Positions 37,590 to 50,308 of a stretch of DNA of 55,877 bases are shown piece after piece. This DNA is from Lama guanicoe (Eukaryota). The notes beneath the pieces are model-generated. The model had not been told where the DNA came from, did not search any database, and saw only the letters and a program-made list of their open reading frames with translations. Every line of letters begins with the position of its first letter. The stretch's first letter is position 1. The stretch lies in the NCBI GenBank assembly GCA_013239625.1, contig MU054027.1, positions 66,273 through 122,149 of the forward strand, given 5' to 3'. The position numbers and the translations under genes were made by a program.

Positions 37590-38094
37590 AGACTGCTACA
37601 CGTACGTCAAGTTCCCCAAATGTTGCTGGTTGTACATACGTAAAATCCTACTAATATTTCCTCTAAGTTTAACCTACTTTAAGAAAAATAACTTTGTTCT
37701 GAGTAGAATACAGTTAGTTTTGTTTAATCACTTAAACTATACCATGGATACCTGTGCAGATTTGTATACTTGTGTTCAAATACAGCCTCATACAAAATGA
37801 AGTTTGGTTTGACTGTCATATAAAGTAATTATTGTTAAAGACTGCTACACACATGCCAAGTTCCCAAATGTTGCTGGTTGTACATACGTAAAATCCTACT
37901 AATATTTCCTCTAAGTTTAATCTATTTTAAGAAAAATAACTTTGTTCTGAGTAGAATACAGTTAGTTTTGTTTAGTCACTTAAACTAGTAAACTATACCA
38001 TGGATACCTGTGCAGGTTTGTATACTTGTGTTCAAATACAGCGTCATACAAAATGAAGTTTGGTTTGACTGTCATATAAAGTAATTATTGTTAA
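37590..38094. repeat. ~250-bp tandem duplication (37590-37838 / 37839-38094)
   Basis: agactgctacac...taaagtaattattgttaa twice. Confidence 0.92.
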
Positions 38095-40904
38095 TCTAAA
38101 ACCAAACTTCATTACGTCAAAAAAAAAAAAAAACGAATATACTGTTGGATCAGATATCTTCTAGAAAATGCTACGCCATTATTTTCTAAATTACCTAATA
38201 CATTTGGCACATAATTCTGTATCATGTCCAAATAGCTTTACTTTGATGTCCTAATTTCCTTATATGTTTTGATATTATTTTATTATATTGGTTTATAAAT
38301 ATGCCCTTAGAATCAGAAGTATATGACACTGATTTTTGTAGAGGAACTTGTGGATTTTCTGTGGTATAAACAAGTAACATCTAGATTTTAAGCTACAGCA
38401 CTTTCATGATTAATTTAAGATATTAAGTAAGAATTTATATGTGACATTTTCTTACTTTGATGAACATAGAAGTGGCAGAAATTGATATTAATTATTCTGC
38501 TAATAAGTTCTGAGGGTCATTCTGTCAATTCCATTTCTTAGGTCTATAAAGTGCTTATTTAAAATCTGAGGCTATTTGCAAAACTAACTAAAATCTCAAT
38601 ATGATTATTTCATTAAGTAATTGTATTTTTAAAAAATAATGCTATTGTTTGTTTCACTGTATTCATTAAAAATCTAAATATATTTCCTGGTATTTTTTTC
38701 TTCCTTGATACATCACTTAACTGCAAGAAATCTAGAATTTCTTTTTAGACAGTTTTCCTTTACAAGTAATATGGAATCATCTATAATAAATAGTTTCTTT
38801 TCAGTTGAATTTCTTGATAAGATTCCTTGGAAAAAGTATGTGGAAAAACAGCTAAATGTTATTTTTCTCATTGCGTTTTCATGAATTCATAACCCCTTCT
38901 AAAATTTTTAGAACATTGGTTGCAAACAGAGCCACTTAAGAGTTAAATCTCATAAAATATTTCTGGATTACCGTACACAATCTAGCAAACATTTACTAAA
39001 TTTGCTGTAAGATATTATAAACTATATAAATAAAAATGATAAAGTTTAACTCCATTCAAAACACTTGTATTACTACTTATTGACTAATTAATAAACAGAT
39101 AAATTTAAAAATTTCTTCACTCTCAGAGATCAAAGCCTACTAGATAATGTTTTGAAATCTAGAAAATATTTGGGGTAACAGGTAGAAATACGATGTTTTT
39201 CTCCTAAAGTTATTTTTATATTTAAATTAGATGAAAACTGAGAAAATTGGAGAAAAACTACACTACACTACCTTCCCACCTTAACACAAGCATTCTTGGT
39301 ATTTTTACATAGCAGCTTTCAGATCTGCCCCACCCACATGCTTCGCTGTATGCACAGTGCACAGATACCTTTAATCCTAGATTTTCATTATCTTACCATA
39401 TACAACTTTTTACACCATGAAATCATTAAACCATCTTTATCGTGTGAAGAGTCCGTACAGTGCATTTGAAGCTCGTTTCCAATTTCTGTCCCTATCACAG
39501 TGTATTGAAACTCCTTCTTTCAGATTTTGAAATATTTCTTTATGAGAATCCCAAGAATGGAATTTCTGAGGCAAATAGGATAGTCATTGTAATAACTCTT
39601 TTGATTCCTATGCTAAATTTATTTCTAAAGAGCTTGTCACAGTAAACCCAGTAATGTTTTATCAATTCCCCTGAGTGAATTTTAACATTAAAAAAATCCT
39701 GTAATTTTGTTTGTGAAATATTCCCATGGTGTACATGCCTACTTCCCAATAAATATGACAAGTTATTTAACTTTTAATACATGATCATATATTACACTTA
39801 AAGCATTATTAGAGCTCTGAAATAATATTTTAAATGTGAATAGAACCTATATTCTAAAATGGGCAATTTTTGTAACTTATAATTTGGTAAGATGGTCATA
39901 ATCAGGACATTCAATAACCTTGCCATCTCTTTATTGTACCACACCAGCTCTTTTTCACAAATATGTTTTTATCTTCCCTTTTCCTGAGCAAACATTTTCC
40001 TCACTAACAGAAACTCCCAAGAATTTAAATGTGAAATAGATCTAATTACTTATCTGGGTCTACAGTGTTTTAAATACGAATCTGAAAAACTGCCAAGACT
40101 TTTCAATGAATCAAAAAGAAAACACTGAATGTTTATACTTAATTATCTTGGACTTTATAAAATAACAATCTAATGAAGAAGTGAAAAGTATTATCTGTTG
40201 CTTTCCAGGTCACAAATATGTTGAGTGTAACATGTAACTAACACCATTTACAAAGGGCATGATCAGCTCTTATGGTTAAAACTAAGACAAACTGGGGTTT
40301 AAATGCTTTGTGAATTAGCAGTTTATTTATCTTCTTAGTGCCTTCATCTGTCAAATGAATATAACGGTAAGAATATTACAGCTTTACTTTGATTCTTAAA
40401 GAGATAATGTATGACTCCATAATAAGTTCTCAGAATGGCAGCTACCATAAGAGTTTGGAGGGTTAATTTCCCCTTGAAATTCATTGTTCAGTTTACTTAA
40501 CTACATTTCAACATTATTGTCTTAATGACACAGACAAATAACCTCTCTTTACGATTTGGAAAGTTTTGCGTGAACAGAAACATCAGAGAATGAATTTTAA
40601 ATATTAATTTAATCATACTTTGTCACCAGTATACGTAGTATGCATCTTTTTAAATGAAATGAAATGAATAATTAAAGTAAAGGAGTCTAAATATTAATAT
40701 TATGATAAAATTTACTCAACTTATAATTTCAATTTTTAAAATAAATATTTAGGTGCCTCTAAGAAGCCTTATCTCTAACCACAGGATCACTTAAAATTTG
40801 TAAAATACATATTTATAAAATATTGACGTCTAAGAAAGTCTTCCTTTCATTGAAATAAAATTAAAATTCGACATTGAATAACAAAATTTAAGTGAATGAG
40901 AATA

Positions 40905-41153
40905 ATTTTTATTTTTTATTATTTACTTATTTACTTTTATTGAGGTATAGCTGATTTACAACGCTATGTTTATTTCGAGTGTACAACACTGTGACTCAAC
41001 ATTTTTATAGACTGGCTATATTCCCTATGCTGTACATTACATCCTTGTAGCTTATTTATTTCATATACAATAGTTTGTACCTCCTAGTCGCCTGCCCCTC
41101 TCTGACCCCTCCCCCTCCTCTCTCCCCACTGGTAACCCCTAGTTTGTTTTTCT
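40905..41153 (-). mobile_element. L1 3' end fragment abutting the CpG island
   Basis: tttttattgaggtatagctgatttacaac...ccccactggtaaccctagtttg. Confidence 0.85.
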
Positions 41154-41154
41154 A

Positions 41155-42330
41155 GACCTTAGAATTTTTTTCCCGCTCTGCCCAACCCCCGAACCCCAAC
41201 TCCCCAGGTTCGCTGCGCCTCTGGGATGCAAGTCTCCTTTTCCGCGCACTCGGGCAGCGGTTTCCGCACACAAAACAGTCCTCTCCGCGGCGCACGGCTC
41301 TGCCCCGCTCGGCGCAGGAAGCGCAGTCGGGGCCGGGGGTGGGGACGCGACGCCCCCCGCCCGCTGCCCGCCTCCGGCCGCCCGCGCGGGCCCCAGGGAA
41401 GGCGCGGTTACCGGCTCGGTCGGCGCTGACCTTCGCCGCCGAGGCTGTGGCTGCGGCCGCGGCCGCCATGTTCCCGTGTTAATAACTGCGGCCTGGTTGT
41501 TTATTTCCATGGAGACCCTCCCCCGACTCCCTCCCTGGCCCCCGCCCCCAGCGGCCCNNNNNNNNNNNNNNNNNNNNNNNNNNNNNNNNNNNNNNNNNNN
41601 NNNNNNNNNNNNNNNNNNNNNNNNNNNNNNNNCGCCGCCCCGCCCCCCGCGCCGCCGCCGCCGCCGCCGCCGCCGCGTCTCCGCACTTGCCGAGAGAGAC
41701 GCAGACCGCGCGAGCTCGCCAGCAGCGGATGGGGCTTAGGAGCCGGGCTACCCTTCCCTGCGCCTCCGTGGCCGTGGCCGCAGCCAGGTCCTGTCACCGG
41801 GGAAAGGACGGGGCGGAAACTTGCCTTCTGCGCCCCCGGGGAGGAGGTAAAGGTGGACAGAGGGTTCTCCTACGAGCAGACCCTGGCCGCGGGGTCCGCG
41901 GCATTTCTCGGTGGAGTCGTCTAAGAAGGCGACCCCGGGAGAGGTGAAGAGTGAGGAGAGAAGGGAGAGGGGACAAAACGGGTGACTGGAGGGTGACCTG
42001 TGGGTGACTAGAAGTGAACGGAGAGTACGCAGATGGCTCCACGGGAGAGCAAAGGGCAGTGCCAAAAAAAGAAAGCGCGCGGATGGGACAGGCCGACGCT
42101 GCAGAGTAGAGGCAATGGCCGCGAGGAAGATGCCCCCGCGCCAAGATCCGGGAGAACCAAGTACCGGGTTCGCCCCGGGAGGAGCCTCCCCCCGGCGCTC
42201 TGGCCGGACCCCTCTGCCAGCAGCCTGCACCCCGGGGCGCACCTCTCACGCCTTATGTCTGGTCCTGCGCCCTGGAGGAGCCCGTCGTCCACCAGTTCTC
42301 CCTCAGCTCATAAAAGGATAGGCTTCGCCT
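41155..42330 (-). promoter_or_regulatory. NCOA2: CpG island: probable duplicated NCOA2 promoter and non-coding exon 1 (donor at 41411)
   Basis: Minus strand ggcggccgcggccgcagccacagcctcggcggcgaaggtcagcgccgac-cgagccg|gtaacc matches the NCOA2 5' UTR as I recall it (ggcggccgcagcctcggctacagcttcggcggcgaaggtcagcgccgac...cgagccg); (GCC)n run at 41651-41675; N gap inside. Confidence 0.7.
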
Positions 42331-43429
42331 CCGTATCTGAGAATTTTTAAAAGGCAGATAAATCTGAGGGAAGGAAGGAATGAGAACAAGAGAGCCAAGA
42401 TTGATTGTATTTTGATTGTATTTTCATGTATGACTTAGACCTCAATGGAACTTGTGAACCATTAATTTCGATTACACTGAAAGCCCCAGACTCTGGGCAT
42501 TGTAAATCTCGTTAATTCTAAGTAAATGGGTACTGGAACAAACGGATTTTGAATGAACTTAATCCAAAGTACCTAATAATTAAAACATAATTGGAATTCA
42601 GTTGCTTTAAATTGCTTGCCAGTCTGAAAGGCGGTACACTAAGGCTTATCACAATTCTATCTATTTTTAACAGTTTCAGAATAATAATTTTTAGAGGTAC
42701 AATCTTGAAATTGAAAAGGGAATTTCAAAAATGTTTCTGTTTTCTTAAAATTTAGGGACCTTTAAACAAATTACACTTCTTAAGAGGCAATTTTTACTGT
42801 AAGTTGGTTCAACTAAACATTAAATTCCGACAAAGACATGTCAACTGCTAAATATATCTGATAACATTATTTTTAGTAAAATTATAATTCCTATATTTCT
42901 ACGTCTCTTACTGCACTCATTTCTATGGTGAGGAGGTAAAGTATGATTTTAATAGCTACTTAATAAGAATGAAAACATGATAAGAGGAATAAGAAACATG
43001 TTGCTAAGCAGTATGAATAAAAAATACATTGCTAAAATGAAACCACATATTCCAAAAACAAAGATAAATTATTTTGAAAAATTCTGCCACTTTTCGAAGT
43101 CTCATATCACTATCCTTATACACTTGTAGAGAGGACAGTCACTGTATGAAAATATTACCATAATAATTTTGTTATTTTTACTAGCCTTTGAAATATTTGA
43201 CTAGAATTTATCTACGATCCAAGTTTTTGAGAGCTGCATTTCATCAGGGACCTTACTGTTAATATTCTAACTTTAAGTAGAAAATTGTTAAACTAGAATA
43301 AATGTTCATGCATTCTGTGCACCTCCAAGTTAATTTACATCAAAACTATGAACAATGGATAGCATACAATTTAAGCCAATCCACCTTGAAAATCCATAAT
43401 ATACATATGCAGCATGAGAATACTGATGT

Positions 43430-43610
43430 CCAAGAAGAAATGTGTTTTGAAGCTCTTCTTGGATACAGTACTATCAGATTTGAATTCAGTTCTCATTTTG
43501 TTGAAGTGGGATGTGATCATTTCAGGCACTTCAGCACCACAAAATTTGCCATACAATTTAGACTCAGAAAAAAGACCACACCAAATCTTGACATAATCGT
43601 ATTTACAAAC
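43430..43610 (-). pseudogene. TLL1: Isolated TLL1 (tolloid-like 1) CUB-domain exon, donor destroyed
   Basis: ttctag|[60 protein letters not shown] vs TLL1 [60 protein letters not shown]; 181 bp; followed by AC instead of GT. Confidence 0.9.
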
Positions 43611-43899
43611 CTAGAAATAAGCATGGTTACTGTAATCACCAGATCTGAAAACATCAGATGATTGCCATTCATTTTTGAAAAATGTATCATATTCTTCTCT
43701 CTTTACTCCTGTGTTAGTCAGACTGGACTTAACAGGTAAAGACAAAATCAAGAAAATTGTCCAAATATGAAGCAGACAGCATGAGAGTATATACCCAAGA
43801 GATGTATATACAAATGTATGCTTGTATATGTGTATTTACAGCATACATCTTTTCCAAAAAATACAGAGTTAAGGAAAACTGAGATGAATATTTAACAAT

Positions 43900-44085
43900 G
43901 CATGACTGAACTCTGGAAGAATGGAGAATCCTAACTCTAATGCTTATGGCTCTGTGGCCTCAGAAAAATGCTCAGTACTTGCTTCCTAATCTATAAAAGG
44001 AAGAGGATAACACCCGCTCCCTCTTTCTGACCAGATTATGATGAAGATCACATGAGATAATTCTGTAAAAGTGCCAGGCACAAAT
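43900..44085 (+). mobile_element. MIR remnant
   Basis: cttcctaatctataaaagg..gataaca...tgaagatcacatgagataat..gtaaaagtgc. Confidence 0.55.
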
Positions 44086-45719
44086 TACTGTTCCATTTAG
44101 GAAGCATTACTTTTAGTTCCAAATGCACTGATTACTGAACTTACAGATGGAATTTCTGCAAAGAGAACACAAAAAGTGGACAAATTAATACTTCTATTGT
44201 AATAATAATTGTTATAGACATTTTATTAGACATGTCTCCTTAGGCAAAAGGCGGTTTATCAAAGATGACAGCCATGCAGGAAAAGAAAGGGAAAAAAGTA
44301 GTCTAATGTTCATTTATTCAAATTTTCCTATTTCAAGTATTGAAATACTACCAGAAAGCACAAGACAAAGACATGAGAGAGGAAAAGAAACAGAGGAAGA
44401 CAGAGGGAAAGCATAGCTGGTGAGGCGAGGCAAGCCGGCAGTTCAGAGGATTCTGAACTCTGTTCCTTAAACGCACTAGTGGACATGATTGCTTCACTGA
44501 GTCTGAAGCATTAACAATTGTCATCACTGTCTTTGGAAATGTCATTTAACTGTTTAACACAACTGGTCACAGATGACTTTAGAAGAATTACATATTTGGC
44601 AAAGGACTGAATCTTTTCTAAGGTAATGGTAGATAATCCAAATAAAAATATCCAGAGTCCAAAAAAGAAACTGACCATCTTGGAGGATGCTTCCTGGAAA
44701 CAAATACAGACTAGAGATGTATAAATACTTCTGTTTCTTCGGGGGAAATGGAAGCGGTGGTAGGGAGGGAAGGGGTGCATTTGCTTTCATCAGAGGCTTG
44801 GTGCTAGGCTCTCTGCATGTACGAATTTGGTTTAAATTACCACTCCTAAATCAGAGAACTCCCAATCTGACCTTTCACATTCTCCCTAGTGAATCCTCTG
44901 CTTTGCCTAAAACAACACTACTACCATTTAAATAAACATATGAAAAGCAGAATGTATCTCCTTTGCTCCAACATTGCCATTATTAACTATATTATCACTA
45001 TTTTTCCAAAACCCTTGGACTGTTATATTAATCATAGCTGTTATCTTTTTTTTTTTCTCTTGCTTTCATCCTCCCAACTTTGCTAATTCCTCTTTTCTAC
45101 TGATAATAGAGGAATTGCTTGGTTCCCCATGCCTTCATCTCTCCAGCATTCACAGCCTGGACCACTAAAGCCCCATACCTGACCAGTTGATCTGGGAACC
45201 CAGCTGTTCCCTGTGTTTAATGAAAGGACTCTTGGCCTACAAGTGGCCTAGTTCAGCATTATTAGCTAAACCCCTGTTCTTAATCTGACCTTGTAACCTG
45301 GTACTGTTACCGAGGCCANNNNNNNNNNNNNNNNNNNNNNNNNNNNNNNNNNNNNNNNNNNNNNNNNNNNNNNNNNNNNNNNNNNNNNNNNNNNNNNNNN
45401 NNNNNNNNNNNNNNNNNNNNNNNNNNNNNNNNNNNNNNNNNNNNNNNNNNNNNNNNNNNNNNNNNNNNNNNNNNNNNNNNNNNNNNNNNNNNNNNNNNNN
45501 NNNNNNNNNNNNNNNNNNNNNNNNNNNNNNNNNNNNNNNNNNNNNNNGTTGGATGTTTGATATGTTTACACTATTATAAATAATACTGCAGTGAGTATTC
45601 ATATAGACAAATCTTTGCACATACCTACAAAAATTTCCTTAGGGCAATCTGGAATTGCTACAACAGAAGTTATAAATATCCCTAAGGCAGTACATGATCA
45701 TTGCCAAATTGTCCCACAT

Positions 45720-45925
45720 CAGCAGTTTCTAAAAAGGGGAGTAGTTTCCTTCAGGGGACACTTGATAGGGTCTGGAGACATTATTAATTGTCAGAACTGG
45801 GCAAGCATCCGGTGGGTAGAGGCCAGGGATGCTGTGAAACATCGTACCATGCACAGGTAGCCCCACTTCCCCAACAAAAAATTATCAAGTTCAAAACGTC
45901 AGTAGTGCCACTTCTTAGACACCTG
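45720..45925 (+). mobile_element. MER20 (hAT-Charlie) DNA transposon
   Basis: caggggacacttg..gtctggagacatt...gtgggtagaggccagggatgctg.gaaacatc.tacc.tgcacagg. Confidence 0.8.
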
Positions 45926-47892
45926 AACTGACATAACGGTCCTCTTAGTGCTTGTTACTTTGAGATGAAGTAAAGGCTATAATAAGGGCTCTTGCATTCA
46001 TTCAAAGATAATTTACAAAGGACCTACTTATACCATATACTGTGGTAGATGCTCAAGTAGCATTCAGGGAGGACAGCCAGGAGTAAAGAGAGGAGGTGGC
46101 TTGGAAGTAAATTTTGACTTCACTTGTGAGAGGGAAAGCACATCTATTTCATTCTATACCTTCATATCTTTTCGTATCATTTTGCATTAAATTATTTCCA
46201 TATAATTCTGCATTAAATTATACAGCTTCACAAGGTTGCTACAAGAAATGATTAACATTGTTACATTGCTACATGCGTGAATTCTTGATCCTGATTATTT
46301 CGAGGCAATCTCTAAAGAATAAAACTGATTGTTTCTTCAACAGAAACTCAAGGTCTTAAGTATAAAAACATCCCCATGGTGACAGTGGCTCCTTCCCCAG
46401 TTGATCTTTTTGTTCTTTAATTTAACATAGTAGATCTTCTCAATTTGCTTAATTCAGAGGCGGAAAAAATGTTTTCTTGCCCTTTCTATTTTGAATGAGT
46501 AGGTACTCCCTGAGTCCCAGTTCCTTTCTGGCTATTTAGTGGAACTCACAGCAGGCACGGTAAAAAGGAGACACCAAAGCTGTTCCTCTGGTTGCCTTAC
46601 TTAAGAAATGGATGGCAAAGGAGAGAGGGTAAAGCTGCCTTGGCTCCCAGCACTGCCATCAGCCTCCTCTCCAGAGATTCTGCGCTCCTCTGCCTGCTTG
46701 GTCAATGCCTGGCACGTTTACTGCCACTGGTTCCTCTCCTCCTTGCTTCTCTGCTGATTAGTCTCCAGGCTAAGATAAAAGGGAGATGCTGTGGCTGTCC
46801 TGGGCTTTCAAAGCCAGTGCTCAAAGAAGACGAATTAAGACAAGGATCTGGCCCCAGACTCACATATATTGAAGACAGAAAAAAAAGAAGCCAGCCTTGA
46901 CCACTGCATAGAGCACACAATCCATCACTTAGAGGTCCTCTGGAAGCAAAAGGAGGAGGAGACTAAGGGGGAAAGTGGGTGCTTCATATAGATGGCCATA
47001 AGAGACAGATTACAGCTACCCTTTTCCAGAGGAGTTTATGCAGAAAAGAATAAAAATCTAGATTGGTTTCCTTAGCAACCCTGGGATAATCTTTCCCACA
47101 ATGTCCCAAACCTACAGTTCTTCATTCTATTACAGCTGTTATTAAAACTTTAAATATGTAATCATGTATATTAAGTTGCCACATACCCATAAAAACTATT
47201 AGCTTATTAAACTGCACACAGTCATTTAAATGAAAAACGAGTACAATCTAATTTCTTTAAATTGAAAAAAGTAAAGGTTAAAACATTCTGATAATCTGAC
47301 AAAGTAATACTGGCACCAAAATTACAAAAAGGATAATGCATAGCATTATAATTAGCATCATGTCCAAACAAAAACAAAACAAAACAAAACAAAAAATAAA
47401 GCCTGTCTTTCATTCAGTGAATAGTCAATACATTTAAAATAAAATTATGCCATAGACTCTACCTAGCCTAGTAAATTATTAGAAGTTGATTGCAAGCACT
47501 AAAATTAAGTATTCACTTACCCTTTAATTTCAAACATTAGAATTTGTTTAGTTTACAAGTACTGGTTCCAAAACAAATACTGCCATTTTTTAAAATCCCA
47601 ATGATTTCAAGAACAAAACTATAAATGATCAGTCTGGAGATTTCACATGGGGATTTATAGTATGGAAACCCAATGGATAGTTTTGGGATAGGCAGAAGTA
47701 GAAAAAGAGGCATACTGATCAATTAAAAAAAAATTAACACAACTTTTTTAAAGTTTGTCAAATGCAGCATATGTATTATGGCCAATAAATCCTGACAGTC
47801 TAATGTTCACTTAAAGCATTTAATCGCTTTATATTTTAAAGTCATCATTACCTGTGTATACGGCATCAAGTATGTGTGGTACTGTATTAAAA

Positions 47893-48075
47893 TGTGCCCA
47901 GGATTTGTTTAATCAGGTATGGTTAGACATGAAGACATGGTAATGGTTGTCATAAAGGAGGAAGTTCTACTCCCAGATCCCTAGAAACAGGCACGACCCA
48001 TCACGTAGGGCTACATGGGGACAGATTAGGGTCAGTCAGGAGCAGAAGGGGAGAGGGCAGAGCATGGCCAGAGCC
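47893..48075. mobile_element. Truncated ERVL LTR (MER54-like)
   Basis: cagatccctagaaacagg...agggtcagtcaggagcagaagg...gccagagcc; truncated at the junction with OTOF-intron sequence. Confidence 0.55.
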
Positions 48076-48200
48076 CAAACCCTTGCTCTGCCTCTGAAGA
48101 GCTGTGTGACCTTGAGCAAGTCACTGAAACCCTTTGGGTCTCAGTTTTCACACCTGCAGAATGGGGAGAACCTCCCAACCCCACAGGGATGCTGAGAGGG
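48076..48200 (+). mobile_element. MIR
   Basis: gctgtgtgaccttgagcaagtcact..cctttgggtctcagttttcacacctgcagaatgggga. Confidence 0.75.
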
Positions 48201-48373
48201 AGAGAAAAGGCAACAAGCGGGCAAGGCTGTGTGGGGTGGGGTGGAAGGGCAGTGGCTGGGGGGACAGAAGGGGAATGCTAGGGTGATGATCAGGGGGGCT
48301 GTCCCACCACAGGGAACTGTGGGCTCCTCCTTGGCCTCTGACATTCCCATGGCTGCGTCCGGCATCCTGTTAC

Positions 48374-48534
48374 CATTGTCATCCTCGATCTCAGAGGGGC
48401 CCGTGGAGACACAGTCGGACACCTTCAGTCTCCTGGGGGGTCTTAAGTGGGGGCCGTCCGTTTTGCCCTCCTTGCAGAGATGGGTCAGGATCTGGCTGGG
48501 CTTCATGGGGTCCCACCAGATATTGCAGCCATGT
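48374..48534 (-). pseudogene. OTOF: Last retained OTOF exon
   Basis: [53 protein letters not shown]|gtaac. Confidence 0.95.
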
Positions 48535-49089
48535 CTGTGGGAGGAGACACACGGGCATGCTGGGGGAAATGGTCCCGGCCAGTTCTCTTGGGCTGGCTGT
48601 TGCTGCATGTCAGTGAGTCCTGCCCTGTGTTCCAGGATCGGCTGAGACACTAGGGCTTCCTGCCCGGGGCTCTGACCCCACATGCTCAGTGTCCCAAGGA
48701 CGAGCATCCAGTCTTCTCCAGTGCGTCCTGCACCATTCCCCCACTGTGTCCACTCCTCCACAGTGTCAAAGACTCCCTGAGGAAACTGATCATCACAGTG
48801 GTTAAGGGTCTTTATCAGGGTCACACAGCCCACAGGCCGGCCAGATGCCCCTCTTCTCAGCCCCCTTTTCTCTCCTCATCTTGCCTCCTCTGTCCTGGAA
48901 TCTGCTGGCACTCTCTTTGTCTTGGAATCTGCTGTCCTGGCCCCTGAAGGCTGAGCCCAGAGCCTGTAGGGGTGGAGGCCTGGCTGGGACAGAAATCATA
49001 ATAGGTCTCCCTTCCCAAACCATGTGCTCTGAATCTCATTTATAGAGTCCAGGTGCAGCAGGTGCGGCCGGCCCCGCCCCGCCCCGTGC

Positions 49090-49261
49090 TTGTGGATAGT
49101 TCTGGGTGATGCCACGGGCAGCGCGGTGCTTGCTGTCAAAGCCGTTCTCCATGTCGATCTTGGTTTCCCCGATGTGGCCATCAGCGCCTGCAAGATCCCA
49201 GTCATCCATGGCCACCGTCAGCATGGATTCCATGGGGAAGAAGGCCTTGATGTCAAAGGAC
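49090..49261 (-). pseudogene. OTOF: OTOF C2E exon, donor degenerate
   Basis: [47 protein letters not shown]. Confidence 0.95.
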
Positions 49262-49366
49262 CTGGTGGGAGGGGTTGGGAGAAGGCCGAGGGGCAGGATG
49301 GGGTGGGAGATAATCTGGGCTGAGGAGGTCAGGGTAGGGTGGCGGTGGGGAATCAAGAGGACTTAC

Positions 49367-49494
49367 TTCCCAAAGAAAGGCTTGAGCTGCTTAGAAATGG
49401 ACTTCTCCTTTTCACGGGCATCTGTCTTGCCCAGCCGTGCAACGATGTAGGGGTCGGCTTTGCCACTGATGTCTGCAGGGTGCAGGTCTGTGGC
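49367..49494 (-). pseudogene. OTOF: OTOF C2E exon
   Basis: [42 protein letters not shown], intact AG/GT. Confidence 0.95.
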
Positions 49495-49789
49495 CTGGGA
49501 TGGAGGGGTGGTCCTGAGCAGGCTCCCTCACCCTCCTCATCTCCAAGTGCCCCTGCCCTCTCCTTGATGGCCCTGTTATGGTGAAGGGCAGGAGAACAGG
49601 ACCAGAGACTCCTGTGACCCTAGGCAAGATGCCGACCCTCTCTGGGCCTTGGCTTCCTCCCCTATAAATGATGGGAACCAGACTCACTGACCTCCCTGGT
49701 GTCTCCCAGTTGGAGGCTGTCAGTTTGCAGCTGCTTCAGCCCCTCCTGGGTGGGAGGACTGCTGGGAGGGGATGCGAGGGGACTCTCAC

Positions 49790-49927
49790 CCAAGCCACAT
49801 AGACTCAGAGCAGCATGTTGATGGGGTCATTGCTGAGGATGCCCTGTGACATGCCACAGGTGGGGTTGTAGCCAGCTTTCCAAGACACATCCTCTGGGAG
49901 GGGCATTTTGTTCGTGCAGAGGGAGCC
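49790..49927 (-). pseudogene. OTOF: OTOF exon with in-frame TGA
   Basis: [45 protein letters not shown]. Confidence 0.93.
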
Positions 49928-50308
49928 CTGGGGTGAGGCAGGCGTGGGTCAGGGTGCAGGTTCCCATGGGCACAGGCAGGGGTGGCACTCAAAACAGCCA
50001 AGAGCACTGAGGGTCTGCACCCTGCTGTGGTGGGGCCTTAACCCTTTAGTTGCTGGATCACAGGGAGTCAGTTTTTCTGGAAGGAGTGGCCATGGAGGCA
50101 ACTCTACGAGAGGAGGGGTGGGGAGCTGGGTTCAGGGCAGATGCTCTTTGTCAATCAGCATGGAAGTATTTTCATATTTTATCAAGCAGGACAGCTGATG
50201 GCTCCACCTGGCTGTCAGGCCTGGGCCTGGGGTGGGGAGAAGAGCTGGTAAGGGGCTCAGGACTCAAGGCCTGGGGCTCAGGGGCTGGACCCACACTCCC
50301 TGCCCAAC

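Noticed and set aside
41152..41510. ORFs MAAAAAATASAAK.../MEINNQ... as coding exon 1
   Set aside because: The sequence matches a 5'-UTR exon (NCOA2-like) and both ORFs run through the donor into intron/L1; at most uORFs.
48141..48833. 230-aa minus-strand ORF as an intact gene
   Set aside because: Only 48374-48534 is OTOF exon; the rest is intron/MIR read-through.
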